From: Candidatus Spechtbacterales bacterium
GTDB taxonomy: Bacteria; Patescibacteriota; Minisyncoccia; Spechtbacterales; 2-12-FULL-38-22
Assembly (NCBI GenBank): GCA_040879145.1
Contig: JBBDKX010000036.1
Location: forward strand, 434 to 64,433
Direction: 5' to 3'
Length of the DNA stretch: 64,000 nt
This document shows, piece by piece, positions 35,137 through 45,726 of the stretch. A model generated the notes under the pieces. It saw nothing but the letters and a program-made list of their open reading frames with translations. It searched no databases and was not told the origin of the DNA. How positions within the stretch are numbered: the stretch's first letter is position 1; the number at the start of each line of letters is the position of its first letter. The position numbers and the translations under genes are program-made.

Positions 35137-36987
35137 ATGTTCCAAGTTCTATGTTCTGTAATTTTGTGTGGCAAAACCGAACAAATGTTTAAAAGAAAGG
35201 AAAATAGACTACTTGCTAAGGAAGGGGCTAAAAAAGAAAAGGAAACCGTAAAATTTAGCCAGCGAATACATGATGGATATGTATCGCTGGTTTCTTTTGG
35301 TAAAGGAGTGTTCCACAGATTCAAACCTCAGGAAAAATATTTTGCGGGCATCGCCGCGCTTATTATTATAAGCTCTCTTTTTGCCATAGGTGTACAGGTG
35401 TACATAACAAAAACAAGCTCTGTTCCAGCCTTTGGCGGAGAATACAGAGAGGCAGTTATCGGTGTTCCGCGTTTTATAAATCCCGTACTTGCGTCTACTA
35501 ACGATGTAGATAGAGATTTGGTCCACCTTGTTTACTCATCTTTGGTGCGCTACGACAAAAATGGGGGTATAGTTCCCGATCTTGCAGAAGAATACACAAT
35601 ATCAGAAGACGGAAAACAGTATCGCTTTACTCTAAAAAACAACCTAAGGTGGGAGGATGGAACTCCCCTCACCGTCGATGATATTTTATACACGATAGGG
35701 CTCATACAAAATCCGCAGTACTCAAGTCCGCTGTTTCAAAGCTGGCAGGGTGTCCAGGTATTTAGCGAAGATAGCAGAACAGTAATTTTTGAACTATCCT
35801 CTCCTTATCCGGCATTTATAGAAAATGTCACCTTAGGAATCCTTCCAAAACACATATGGCAGGATGTAGATGAAAAAAATTTTGTTTTAACAGATTTGAA
35901 TTTAAAACCCATAGGTTCGGGGCTATACAAAGTTGAAAAATTCACAAAAGACAACGCGGGTTTTATATCCTCTTACACGCTTGTGCGCAACGAAAGATAT
36001 TACAACCAAAAACCGTTTATAAATAAGATTACTTTTAAATTTTTCTCATCAGAAACAGACACGGTAAAAGCTTATAACGCCAAGAGTGTAGACGGAATAT
36101 CTTTCATTTCTTCAGGGGTAATAACCGAAATGGAAGACAAAGAAGCCTTCAATATGCATGAATTTAAAATGCCAAGATATTTTTCCATATTCATTAACAA
36201 GGAAAAAAACGAGGCCTTGCAAGACCTAAAGGTGCGCCAGGCTTTAAGTTACGCCACCAACAGAAAACAAATAATAGACGGCGTTCTTTTAGGTTACGCG
36301 CAAGAGGTGGGAACCCCCATACCTCCCAACTTAACTTCATACTACAATGAAAGCGCTGAATTTTTAGACTACAATCCGGAAAAAGCGCGAGAACTTCTTA
36401 GAGAAGCGGGGTGGGAGGACAACAACGAAGATGGTATTTTAGAAAAAAGTACAGGGGAAGAAGATGCCGAAGTGCAGGAATTATCCTTAACCCTTGTAAC
36501 AGCGCAGCGTCCCGAACTTGAGCAGGTTGCGCAACTACTACAAGAGCAGTGGAGGCAAGTTGGAATCAACTTAAATTTTAAAACAGAAGAGTTGGGAGAA
36601 CTTCAACAAAGCACAATACGTTCGCGCAACTATGAGCTACTCATGTTTGGAGAGATTCTCGGAACCATACCGGATCCCTTCAGTTTCTGGCATTCTTCAC
36701 AAAAAAATGACCCGGGACTTAATCTTGCAAATTATGATAATAGGGAAATAGATAAGCTGCTTGAAGAGGCGCGGCAAGAGACAAACAAAGAGGCACGCAT
36801 TGAAAAGCTTAACGAATTTCAGCTCAAGGTAACGGCGGATGTGCCTGCAATATTCCTGTATGACCCCGCATATCTTTACCCTATACAAAAAAGCATACGA
36901 GGAATTGAACCTGTCTTTATGGTTGACAGCTCGTGGCGATTCGCAGACATACAAAACTGGTATATAGCAACTAAGAGAGTATTTTAA
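35137..36987 (+). CDS. ABC transporter substrate-binding protein, family 5 (oligopeptide/dipeptide type), N-terminally membrane-anchored
   Basis: SBP_bac_5-like sequence; the start may be an internal Met near 35185. Confidence 0.75.
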   Translation: MFQVLCSVILCGKTEQMFKRKENRLLAKEGAKKEKETVKFSQRIHDGYVSLVSFGKGVFHRFKPQEKYFAGIAALIIISSLFAIGVQVYITKTSSVPAFGGEYREAVIGVPRFINPVLASTNDVDRDLVHLVYSSLVRYDKNGGIVPDLAEEYTISEDGKQYRFTLKNNLRWEDGTPLTVDDILYTIGLIQNPQYSSPLFQSWQGVQVFSEDSRTVIFELSSPYPAFIENVTLGILPKHIWQDVDEKNFVLTDLNLKPIGSGLYKVEKFTKDNAGFISSYTLVRNERYYNQKPFINKITFKFFSSETDTVKAYNAKSVDGISFISSGVITEMEDKEAFNMHEFKMPRYFSIFINKEKNEALQDLKVRQALSYATNRKQIIDGVLLGYAQEVGTPIPPNLTSYYNESAEFLDYNPEKARELLREAGWEDNNEDGILEKSTGEEDAEVQELSLTLVTAQRPELEQVAQLLQEQWRQVGINLNFKTEELGELQQSTIRSRNYELLMFGEILGTIPDPFSFWHSSQKNDPGLNLANYDNREIDKLLEEARQETNKEARIEKLNEFQLKVTADVPAIFLYDPAYLYPIQKSIRGIEPVFMVDSSWRFADIQNWYIATKRVF

Positions 36988-37100
36988 GCTCGCTTCGCCT
37001 GCCTGTGCGTGAACGCACGCAGACAGGCTCGCAGGTATTAGGTTTTAGCTTTTAGGTATCAGACTAGTACCTAGTACCCACAACCTATTTTGTGAGGTGG
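36988..37100 (+). repeat. R2 repeat copy upstream of pgi
   Basis: gctcgcttcgcctgcctgtgcgtgaacgcacgcagacaggctcgcaggtattaggttttagcttttaggtatcag... Confidence 0.65.
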
Positions 37101-37107
37101 AGCGAAT

Positions 37108-37195
37108 CCCGACGCTATCAAAATCTTTGATTTTGTTATAGCGTCGAGGATCCACGATACCGCAAGCGAATCAAAGATTCGGGCGGTATCGGGAC
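37108..37195 (+). promoter_or_regulatory. double-hairpin leader element (E3), copy 2, immediately 5' of pgi/pmi
   Basis: Same two nested hairpins as 34741-34825. Confidence 0.6.
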
Positions 37196-37201
37196 AAAAA
37201 C

Positions 37202-38206
37202 ATGAATGAAAAAAATATAGACTCGTATAATATGAGGCAAATAATACTGGACTTTCCCAGGCAGTTCCCCGTCGGGTACGGTGCAGTTGGTGATGCGGGA
37301 AAAGAATTTACAAGCAAAGAGTTTAAAAACATAATTATCGCGGGAATGGGAGGGTCAGCGCTTGCGGGGGAGGTTTTAACACTTCTTTCAGGAGCATTAA
37401 AACTTCAACTACCTGTGTTTATACATCGAGATTACGGATTAAGCTCTATGGCAAACAAAAACAGTCTTATTGTAACCCTATCCTACTCAGGTAATACAGA
37501 GGAAACTCTTTCCGTGTATCAGGCAGCCAAAGAAAAGGGTATAACGCTTGCGGTTATTACAAGCGATGGAAGTCTTAAGCAGATGGCCAAAAAAGACAAA
37601 AAACCTTTAGCAATTGTGCCCGAGGGTATCCCCCCTCGCCTCGCAATTGGATATCAATTTTCTGCTCTTTTGGCTATACTTTCAAATGTGGGGATAATTG
37701 AACCAAAAGAAGATGTGGTGCAAAAAATATCCTCTGAGTTGAAATCCGCTGAAGTAATGAGTCTCGCAAAAGAATTGGTGGGTGAGATAAAAGAAAAAAC
37801 TCCCATAATATACTCATCCAAGGCAAATAGTCCCCTTGCATACATAATGAAGATACAGATAAACGAGAACGCGAAAAGACACGCTTTTTATAACTCGTTT
37901 CCGGAACTTAATCACAATGAAATACTGGGATACGAAAACTCAAACCCCGACAACTTCTTTGTCTTTATGTTGCGGGATAAAAACGACCACCCGAAAAATC
38001 AAAGAAGAATGGAAATAACAGCCAGACTGCTTGAAAAAAGAAAGTACAAAGTTAAATTTATTGACATTGAGGGTGAAAATATGTATAATAGAGCTTTCAA
38101 TGCCATACTTTTTGGCACTTGGCTCTCATATTATTTAGCTATACAAGATAGTATAGACCCCACTCCTGTTACCCTGATAAAAGAAATTAAACGCTCGCTC
38201 AGTTAA
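37202..38206 (+). CDS. bifunctional phosphoglucose/phosphomannose isomerase (SIS domain)
   Basis: IIIAGMGGSALAGEVL SIS motif; archaeal-type PGI/PMI family length. Confidence 0.75.
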   Translation: MNEKNIDSYNMRQIILDFPRQFPVGYGAVGDAGKEFTSKEFKNIIIAGMGGSALAGEVLTLLSGALKLQLPVFIHRDYGLSSMANKNSLIVTLSYSGNTEETLSVYQAAKEKGITLAVITSDGSLKQMAKKDKKPLAIVPEGIPPRLAIGYQFSALLAILSNVGIIEPKEDVVQKISSELKSAEVMSLAKELVGEIKEKTPIIYSSKANSPLAYIMKIQINENAKRHAFYNSFPELNHNEILGYENSNPDNFFVFMLRDKNDHPKNQRRMEITARLLEKRKYKVKFIDIEGENMYNRAFNAILFGTWLSYYLAIQDSIDPTPVTLIKEIKRSLS

Positions 38207-38301
38207 AACTTCGCTCTCTTTAGCTTTCAACTTCTGGCTTTTGAACCATTGCGTCAAAGGCGCAATATAAGCTAACAAGCTAAAAGCTATAAGCTAACTC
38301 T

Positions 38302-38385
38302 GCGCAGATGGCGGAATCGGTAGACGCGCTACGTTCAGAACGTAGTGGGCGCAAGCCCGTGGAGGTTCAAGTCCTCTTCTGCGCA
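38302..38385 (+). tRNA. tRNA-Leu (anticodon CAG), type II with a long variable arm
   Basis: GCGCAGA acceptor; GGCGGAATCGGTAGACGC D-arm; CTACG-TTCAGAA-CGTAG anticodon arm; GGAGGTTCAAGTCCTCT T-arm. Confidence 0.9.
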
Positions 38386-38387
38386 CA

Positions 38388-38544
38388 ATTTAACGAAGTG
38401 AAATTGAGAGTAGGAGAGGATGCAGAACCTCAGGAAGGGGTCCCACCAGAGGCGGGCAAGCAGGCCTGCCTGCCGGCTCGCCTCGCTCTCTCGGCGGAGC
38501 GGGCAGGCAGGGAAGCGGGGGGAGTCCTCTTCTGCGCACATGTA
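38388..38544 (+). repeat. GC-rich ~140-bp insert ending in an 18-bp direct repeat of the tRNA-Leu 3' end (agtcctcttctgcgcaca)
   Basis: Contains the CCTGCCTGCC...GGGCAGGCAGG palindrome (38465-38511); an attL/attR-like duplication. Confidence 0.6.
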
Positions 38545-38614
38545 TTATTATAAATTAACATACAAACTAATTAACACTGTATTCGAACTCTAAAGAATAC
38601 AATAATTTTGCATT

Positions 38615-40405
38615 ATGAATGCACAACAAAACACACAAAGAAGGTCTCCGCGTCCGCCTGCTATGCAGGCAGATTCGTCTGCGCACATATCAACAAGTAG
38701 AGACCCTCAAGCGCAAAAAACAAGTACAGCACCAGAATCAGTTGTAAAAATAATACCTATAGGCGGTCTTGAAGAAGTGGGTCGCAACATGGCGGCTATT
38801 GAATACCAAAACAAGGTATTAATAATTGATGTGGGTTTGCAGTTTCCGGAAGAAGATATGCCGGGAATTGATTACATAATACCCAACATCTCATACTTTA
38901 CCGAAAATAAAGAAAAGGAAATTGTGGGAGTGATAATAACCCACGGGCACCTGGACCATTTTGGAGCCATCCCGCACATAATACCCAAACTGGGAAACCC
39001 TCCTATGTTTGCCACGAAGCTAACAAAAGCTTTAATACTAAAAAGACAAACAGACCATCCTGAATCAGGTCCCATTGAAGTAACTGAGTTCACCAAAGAC
39101 GACGTTTTAAAACTACACCCTTTTGAAATAGAATTTTTCCATGTAAATCACAATGTTCCCGATAGTGTGGGTCTTGTAATAAAGACGCCCGAGGGAAACA
39201 TTATGCATACGGGTGATTTCAAGTTTGACCACTCCCCCGTAGGGGAAGAACCGGCTGACATAGGAAGAATAGTACAGCTTGCATCCCGGGGCATAGATGT
39301 TTTAATGTGCGACTCAACTAACTCGGAAACTCCCGGATACACACTAAGCGAAAGTGAGGTTCAAAGAAACCTTGAAGAGATAGTAAAAGCAGCGCCTGGA
39401 AGAGTAATTGCAGCAACTTTCGGCTCTCTTACAAGCCGCGTGCAGGAACTTATAAACATAGCCGAAAAACATGACCGATATGTTGTATTAGACGGTTATA
39501 CAATGCGGACAAACTACGAGATAGCAAAAGAGTTAGGATATATAAAATCACCGAGAGGCAGGGTCGTATCCATGAAAGAGATAAAAAAATACCCTCCAGA
39601 GAAGATTATAGTTATATGTACGGGAGCCCAAGGAGAGGGAGAAGCCGTGCTTATGCGAATTGCGAATAAAGAACACCAGCACATACAGTTGCAGAAAGGA
39701 GATTCTGTTATATTCAGTTCTTCAATAGTTCCCGGAAACGAACGTGCTGTACAAGGGTTAAAAGACTTACTAATGAGTCAGGGAGCTAAAATTTTCCATT
39801 CACAACTTATGGATATACACGCTTCCGGACACGCCTCAGCGGAGGACTTAAAGCTTATGTTTAACCTTGTAAAGCCTACATATTTGATACCCATACATGG
39901 ACACAGATATATGCGCCAGACCGAGGCAGACCTGGCTGAAAGCGTGGGTATACCTCAGGAAAACTCTATGGTTATTGAAAACGGGCGGGTTGTTACATTA
40001 AGTAAAAAAGATGGTTTGCAGGTAACAAAGGAGCGTGTGCCGACATCTTACGTTATGGTTGACGGACTCGGCATTGGAGACGTCGGACAGGTAGTCTTGC
40101 GGGACAGACAAGCACTCAGCCAGGATGGAATGCTTGTTGTTATAGCTGTTGTCGATTCAGAAAAAGGCAAGGTGCGGGGAAATCCCGATATAATATCAAG
40201 AGGGTTTGTGTACCTTAGAGAATCAAAACCTCTGTTAATGGATGTGCGCAAAAAAACCAAGGCAATAGTAGAGCACGCGGCAAGCGAGGGTGGCACCACA
40301 AACTGGGATTACGTAAAAGAAAACATACGCGATCAGCTGGGAAAACTACTTTTCCAAAAGACAAAGAGAAGGCCGATGATACTACCTGTTATCATACATA
40401 CCTAA
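38615..40405 (+). CDS. rnj: ribonuclease J (metallo-beta-lactamase / beta-CASP)
   Basis: VIITHGHLDHFGAIP, HTGDFKFD and a C-terminal RNase J domain; N-terminal Pro/Ser-rich extension. Confidence 0.88.
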   Translation: MNAQQNTQRRSPRPPAMQADSSAHISTSRDPQAQKTSTAPESVVKIIPIGGLEEVGRNMAAIEYQNKVLIIDVGLQFPEEDMPGIDYIIPNISYFTENKEKEIVGVIITHGHLDHFGAIPHIIPKLGNPPMFATKLTKALILKRQTDHPESGPIEVTEFTKDDVLKLHPFEIEFFHVNHNVPDSVGLVIKTPEGNIMHTGDFKFDHSPVGEEPADIGRIVQLASRGIDVLMCDSTNSETPGYTLSESEVQRNLEEIVKAAPGRVIAATFGSLTSRVQELINIAEKHDRYVVLDGYTMRTNYEIAKELGYIKSPRGRVVSMKEIKKYPPEKIIVICTGAQGEGEAVLMRIANKEHQHIQLQKGDSVIFSSSIVPGNERAVQGLKDLLMSQGAKIFHSQLMDIHASGHASAEDLKLMFNLVKPTYLIPIHGHRYMRQTEADLAESVGIPQENSMVIENGRVVTLSKKDGLQVTKERVPTSYVMVDGLGIGDVGQVVLRDRQALSQDGMLVVIAVVDSEKGKVRGNPDIISRGFVYLRESKPLLMDVRKKTKAIVEHAASEGGTTNWDYVKENIRDQLGKLLFQKTKRRPMILPVIIHT

Positions 40406-40426
40406 AATATAAAATTTTATCAAACT

Positions 40427-40453
40427 TAAAACCCCGCTTTACACGGGGTTTTA
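40427..40453. terminator. bidirectional rho-independent terminator aaaaccccgctttacacggggtttt
   Basis: GC stem flanked by A-run and T-run. Confidence 0.6.
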
Positions 40454-40500
40454 AGTTTGATATTTATATTTTGACTAAATGGGAAAACCGGTTTTCCCAT

Positions 40501-40656
40501 TTATTTTAACTCTTCCAAGGTATCCAAAAGCTCCTTTTCTTTACTTTCAAGCAATTCTTCACTACGAGCATCAACTATTAACCGTAACTTCGCCTCCGTA
40601 TTAGATGCGCGAAGCAAAAAGCTCCAATCGGGATACTCAACACGCAACCCGTCCAT
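40501..40656 (-). pseudogene. remnant of a second, diverged phosphohexomutase C-terminal domain (DGLRVEYPDWSFLLRASNTEAKLRLIVDA...)
   Basis: Homologous to the pgm C-terminus (DGARVNFEELEGWGLVRVSNTGPNLTLRFEA) but only ~45% identical; no N-terminal domains. Confidence 0.45.
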
Positions 40657-40742
40657 TTCATTGCAAGAATGGCGAGGTCGGACCTTGCCAAAAAAATGTA
40701 TCACAGCCGTGATACATTTTTGATACGATTTGATACAATTTT

Positions 40743-42131
40743 CTACCCCGCAACCCATTCTTTTGAGACAAAATCATAACGGGAAAGCTTTTCTCGGAAT
40801 ATTTGTTCTATTTTTTTTAAATTCTCTTCTGTTTTGGCTTCAAACCGAAGCGTGAGGTTGGGGCCGGTATTTGAAACACGCACAAGCCCCCAGCCCTCTA
40901 ATTCTTCAAAATTAACGCGTGCGCCGTCAATGTCTATAACAGCATAGCCCTCTTTTTTAAATTCCTCGGTTACTTCTTTTACAGTACCAAACTTTTTATC
41001 ATCCGGCGTTTCGGCGGTATAGCCCGGACTTGAAATATATTGCGGTGTTTCCGCCTCTAACTCTGAGACGCTTTTGTTCTGCTCTGAAAAATACTGCACT
41101 AAACTAACTGCCGCCATAGAGGCATCATCAAAACCATAGTAGTTGTGCTTTAAAAATATATGGCCGCTGAGCTCCGCCCCTAGCTCTGCTTTTTCTTTCT
41201 TCATAATTCTCTTAATATTTGAATGGCCAGTTGGCGCCATTACGGCCTCACCTCCGTGCGCCTCAATATCTTCGGGTAGCGCCTTTGAGCTTTTGACATC
41301 ATAAATTATCTTGGCTGCCGACTTATTTTCTAAAACAAGGCGGGATAAAAATATAGAAAACTTATCCGGCCATACAATTTGCCCTACTTCATCAACCATA
41401 CCTAAACGGTCGCCGTCACCGTCAAAGGCGAACCCGAAATCTGCCTTATTCTCTAAAACAACTTTTGCAGTATCTTCCATCATTTTAGTGTCAGCTGGAT
41501 TTGGCGTATAATTTGGAAAGTCAGCATCAGGTTTTGTATAACGCTCAACCACCTCACACCCTATGGTACGTAACAAGTCGGGAGCAAAAAGCCCTGCCGT
41601 GCCGTTGCCCGTATTTACAACTATCTTAAATTTCTTTTCAACATTTACACGCGATGATAGATCTTTTATATACTCCTTTTTTATATTTTCTTTTCTAACC
41701 CCTCCCCCATCGTGTTCTTCGAGATCATTATCCAATATCATTTTATACAGCCCTTTTAACTCCTTGCCCCCAAGCGTACTCGCAAAACCATCTGCCAGTT
41801 TTGCGCCGTTCCATCCTTTGGGGTTGTGTGATGCGGTTATCATTATGCCACCTCCTGTTTTAAAATAAAACTGCGCCCAGGACATCATGGGCGTCATAAC
41901 AGTACCTATATTTATTACTTTCCTGCCCGTAGATACAAGGCCTTTTATAGCAGCCTCGCGAAATTTCTCAGATGTTGAACGGCTGTCATTGCCTATTACA
42001 ACAGTTTCAATGCCTTTGCGCGCCAAATAGGTGCCGTATGCACGACCTATAAGCTCCAGAGAGCTAATATTTAGCTCATCGTTGCTTTCTCTTCCGCGTA
42101 TATCATATTGGCGAAAAATTGATTCATTCAT
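40743..42131 (-). CDS. phosphoglucomutase/phosphomannomutase (alpha-D-phosphohexomutase family)
   Basis: GIMITASHNPKGWNG active-site loop; all 4 domains. Confidence 0.88.
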   Translation of the reverse strand: MNESIFRQYDIRGRESNDELNISSLELIGRAYGTYLARKGIETVVIGNDSRSTSEKFREAAIKGLVSTGRKVINIGTVMTPMMSWAQFYFKTGGGIMITASHNPKGWNGAKLADGFASTLGGKELKGLYKMILDNDLEEHDGGGVRKENIKKEYIKDLSSRVNVEKKFKIVVNTGNGTAGLFAPDLLRTIGCEVVERYTKPDADFPNYTPNPADTKMMEDTAKVVLENKADFGFAFDGDGDRLGMVDEVGQIVWPDKFSIFLSRLVLENKSAAKIIYDVKSSKALPEDIEAHGGEAVMAPTGHSNIKRIMKKEKAELGAELSGHIFLKHNYYGFDDASMAAVSLVQYFSEQNKSVSELEAETPQYISSPGYTAETPDDKKFGTVKEVTEEFKKEGYAVIDIDGARVNFEELEGWGLVRVSNTGPNLTLRFEAKTEENLKKIEQIFREKLSRYDFVSKEWVAG

Positions 42132-42275
42132 AGATTTTATTTCGGCTCTACCTCACAAAATAGGTATTAGGTTTTAGCTATTAGGTATTACACTAGTGTA
42201 GCACCTAATAGCTAAAACCTAATACCTGCGAGCCTGTCTGCGTGCGTTCACGCATAGGCAGGCGAAGCAAGCTTG
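42132..42275 (-). repeat. R2 repeat copy upstream of pgm, with a perfect 25-bp inverted repeat AGGTATTAGGTTTTAGCTATTAGGT
   Basis: Reverse complement gcttcgcctgcctatgcgtgaacgcacgcagacaggctcgcaggtattaggttttagctattaggt... Confidence 0.65.
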
Positions 42276-42311
42276 TTGACTAATACACTTATTATGATAC
42301 CATATCTAAGT

Positions 42312-42869
42312 ATGTCAGACACAATAATAAAACCAAAAAAATCATATGAATTGTACATGCTTCTAAGCCCCGCGTCCTTTGATGGAGATGTTTCGGGTGT
42401 AGAGGAAGCTGTTGGTAAGATTTTACAAAAACATGGAGCACAAATAGAACGATCAGATAGGTTCACAAAAAAAGATTTAGCTTACAATATACAAAAATTT
42501 GGCTATGCGTACGCTGCAAGTGTTTATTTTTTTGCTCCAACTGAAAGTATAGAGGAAATAACAACTGAGCTAAATACATCAGATATAGAGTTTCTGCGAA
42601 TATTAATTACAAAAGCTCAAAAAAGACCTAAAATTTCTACAAAGCCACGCAGAACAAAACCAAAGCAAAATACGGAAGAAATGTCTAAAGAAAAGGTGGC
42701 TGTTACTGAAGCTAATCCTAAAAAAGAGGAGGTAGCATCAAAAAATACTGACGAACCAAACACAAAAAAAGAACAGAACCAAAAAAATGAAGACAAAGAA
42801 CCGGATGGAGATAAAATAACATTAGACGACATAGACAAGAGGCTTGATGAAATAATGGAACAACTATAA
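42312..42869 (+). CDS. rpsF: 30S ribosomal protein S6 with a long charged C-terminal extension
   Basis: YELYMLL...LAYNIQKFGYAYAASVYFFAP pattern of S6. Confidence 0.75.
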   Translation: MSDTIIKPKKSYELYMLLSPASFDGDVSGVEEAVGKILQKHGAQIERSDRFTKKDLAYNIQKFGYAYAASVYFFAPTESIEEITTELNTSDIEFLRILITKAQKRPKISTKPRRTKPKQNTEEMSKEKVAVTEANPKKEEVASKNTDEPNTKKEQNQKNEDKEPDGDKITLDDIDKRLDEIMEQL

Positions 42870-42872
42870 TTA

Positions 42873-43485
<613 letters not shown>

Positions 43486-43563
43486 GCTCGGACTAAAGCC
43501 CTCGTAATTTCAAATTTAGAATGCTGAATTTCAAATGAATGACTAAATGACCCAATGTTTCAA

Positions 43564-43623
43564 CCTGCCTGCCGGTCCCGACTCTCGATGAGAGTACGAG
43601 GACTCGAAATCGGAGCAGGCAGG
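43564..43623. repeat. GC-rich palindromic mini-element CCTGCCTGCCGG...GCAGGCAGG inserted between ssb and rpsR
   Basis: Same terminal motif as 24291-24310, 38465-38511 and 57619-57638. Confidence 0.55.
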
Positions 43624-43684
43624 AATTAAAGCATTAAAAAATTAAATTGAAATTTAAAATTTAGAATTTAAAATTTTTGCCAAA

Positions 43685-43891
43685 ATGAAAGAATGTCAAA
43701 TTTGTAAAAATCAAATGATGGTTGACTGGAAAAACGCAGAACTTTTGCGTCGTTTTATGGATTACGATTTTAAAATCATGTCCCCAAGAAAAACGGGAAC
43801 GTGCGCGAAACACCAAAGACAAGTTGCAAAAGCTATCAAAAGGGCGCGACAGGCAGGAATACTGCCTTATACACCAATGCTAAGCGACTAG
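43685..43891 (+). CDS. rpsR: 30S ribosomal protein S18
   Basis: ...LLRRFMDYDFKIMSPRKTGTCAKHQRQVAKAIKRARQAGILPY. Confidence 0.9.
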   Translation: MKECQICKNQMMVDWKNAELLRRFMDYDFKIMSPRKTGTCAKHQRQVAKAIKRARQAGILPYTPMLSD

Positions 43892-44006
43892 TTGTATTAT
43901 AAAAAGAACCTACAAAGAGGATCTTTATACTAAGTAAAACAGCAAACCAACACTAAAAAAACCGCTCCAATGGAGCAGTTTTTTTAGTGTTGGAAATTAA
44001 TATTTT

Positions 44007-45026
44007 TTAACTAACTGCTTTTAATATCTCCCTCTCTATCTCTTTTGCTACCTTACTATTATCTTTTAGAAATTCTTTGGCGCCTTCTATTCCCTGTCCC
44101 AATTTCTGATCTCCGTAACTAAACCATGCACCTGATCTCTTAACCACATCATACTTAACACCGGCATTAACCAAGTCACTCAAATAGGATATCCCTTCAT
44201 TATAGAAGATATCAAACTCGGCGGTTCTAAACGGAGGCGCTGTTTTATTTTTTACCACTTTGCTTTTTACCCTGTTCCCTATTATTTCTTCCCCGCTTTT
44301 TATTTTTGCGGACTGACGCACCTCTATGCGAACTGATGAATAAAACTTAAGCGCGTTTCCCCCTGTTGTGGTTTCCGGATTGCCGAACATAACACCGATC
44401 TTCATTCTTATCTGGTTAATGAAGATTATTGCGGTATCGCTTTTTTGGGCTATGGCTGTAAGCTTTCTGAGGGCTTTTGACATTAAACGGGCCTGTAGCC
44501 CGATCTGTTGGTCTCCCATCTCTCCCTCTATTTCTGCTCTTGGAGTTAAGGCAGCCACAGAGTCTATAACTATCAAGTCCAAGGACCCGCTGCGAACCAA
44601 ACTTTCCACAATATCCAATGCCTGTTCCCCGCTATCGGGTTGTGATATTAAAAGATCTTTCATTTTAACTCCTATGCGTTTTGCATACTCAGGATCAAGC
44701 GCGTGCTCAGCATCTATAAAAGCGCATAAACCACCCTTCTTTTGCGCTTCAGCTATTACATGCAGGGTGAGTGTTGTTTTCCCGGAGCTTTCAGGGCCAT
44801 ATACCTCGGTTATTCTGCTTTTTGGAACCCCTCCTCCAAGCGCGATGTCCAGAGAAATGGAACCTGTGCTTATTCTTTCTATTTTACTTTTTACATGCGG
44901 ATCCATCTGCATTATGGACCCTTCGCCAAATTTAGTTCTTATATCCTCCAATACCGCGCTTAAAGCGTTTTCATCTTTTTTCCCTTCCTTTGGTGCGGAG
45001 CTTTTTTTAGTTTCTTTTTTTGTCAT
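44007..45026 (-). CDS. recA: recombinase A
   Basis: GPESSGKTT Walker A; [28 protein letters not shown]. Confidence 0.95.
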   Translation of the reverse strand: MTKKETKKSSAPKEGKKDENALSAVLEDIRTKFGEGSIMQMDPHVKSKIERISTGSISLDIALGGGVPKSRITEVYGPESSGKTTLTLHVIAEAQKKGGLCAFIDAEHALDPEYAKRIGVKMKDLLISQPDSGEQALDIVESLVRSGSLDLIVIDSVAALTPRAEIEGEMGDQQIGLQARLMSKALRKLTAIAQKSDTAIIFINQIRMKIGVMFGNPETTTGGNALKFYSSVRIEVRQSAKIKSGEEIIGNRVKSKVVKNKTAPPFRTAEFDIFYNEGISYLSDLVNAGVKYDVVKRSGAWFSYGDQKLGQGIEGAKEFLKDNSKVAKEIEREILKAVS

Positions 45027-45080
45027 AAAATTTTATTAACTTCTGTCTCAATTTTAACGTTAAAAACCTATAGGGTCAAA

Positions 45081-45710
45081 TTACAGCTTAAGTATCTTTC
45101 TCGCTGTCTCTACTTCTTTACCTGCAGGGCTTATGGCTTTAATAGTTATTGTGTTCAAACCGGCACTTAGAGGTACTCTAACTTCAAAGTTGCCGCCTTT
45201 TTGGGGTTCCACCTCCTGCCCGTCAATAAATATCTTTTCCGCGTTTTGAACCTCACCCTGAATAAACACAGAATCTTCTTCCGTTACACTACTAAAATCA
45301 ACGGGGTTAAGTACTTCAACTTGTGGAATCTCAGAAACAAGCTTTTGGTTAAAGTAAAAAAAAACGGCAAGAGCTATGCCTGAAAGCAAAACAACTGTAA
45401 GTATTATGTGTTTTGAAGTAATAATAAAAGAGGGTTGTGATATTTTTGTATCAGTTTCTGCACCTTTTTCAAGAAGGTCTTGATTCTCTCTCTCAAACTG
45501 CAATATAATCTCATCCGCGTTTTCATTGCAAGCTCCTGCCCACTTTTTAATAAACCCGCGTATGTATACGGGGCTTGGAAGTTTTTCAAAATCATTATTT
45601 TCCAGACGAAGCAGATACTTTTCCTGAATCTTAGTAGATTTAGATAATTCCTCTATAGACAACTCTGCATCCTCCCGCATCAATTTTAGATTTTCTCCTA
45701 TACTGGACAT
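45081..45710 (-). CDS. RodZ-like cytoskeleton protein (XRE HTH + TM + C-terminal domain)
   Basis: N-terminal HTH (IGENLKLMREDAELSIEELSKSTKI) and a KLPSPVYIRGFIKKWA RodZ signature. Confidence 0.65.
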   Translation of the reverse strand: MSSIGENLKLMREDAELSIEELSKSTKIQEKYLLRLENNDFEKLPSPVYIRGFIKKWAGACNENADEIILQFERENQDLLEKGAETDTKISQPSFIITSKHIILTVVLLSGIALAVFFYFNQKLVSEIPQVEVLNPVDFSSVTEEDSVFIQGEVQNAEKIFIDGQEVEPQKGGNFEVRVPLSAGLNTITIKAISPAGKEVETARKILKL

Positions 45711-45726
45711 AATTTTTTTAATTTAG

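Noticed and set aside
40501-40758. The 85-aa ORF as a functional gene
   Set aside because: Only the C-terminal ~50 aa resemble a phosphohexomutase domain 4. The N-terminus is out of context and overlaps the pgm stop. It is treated as a remnant.
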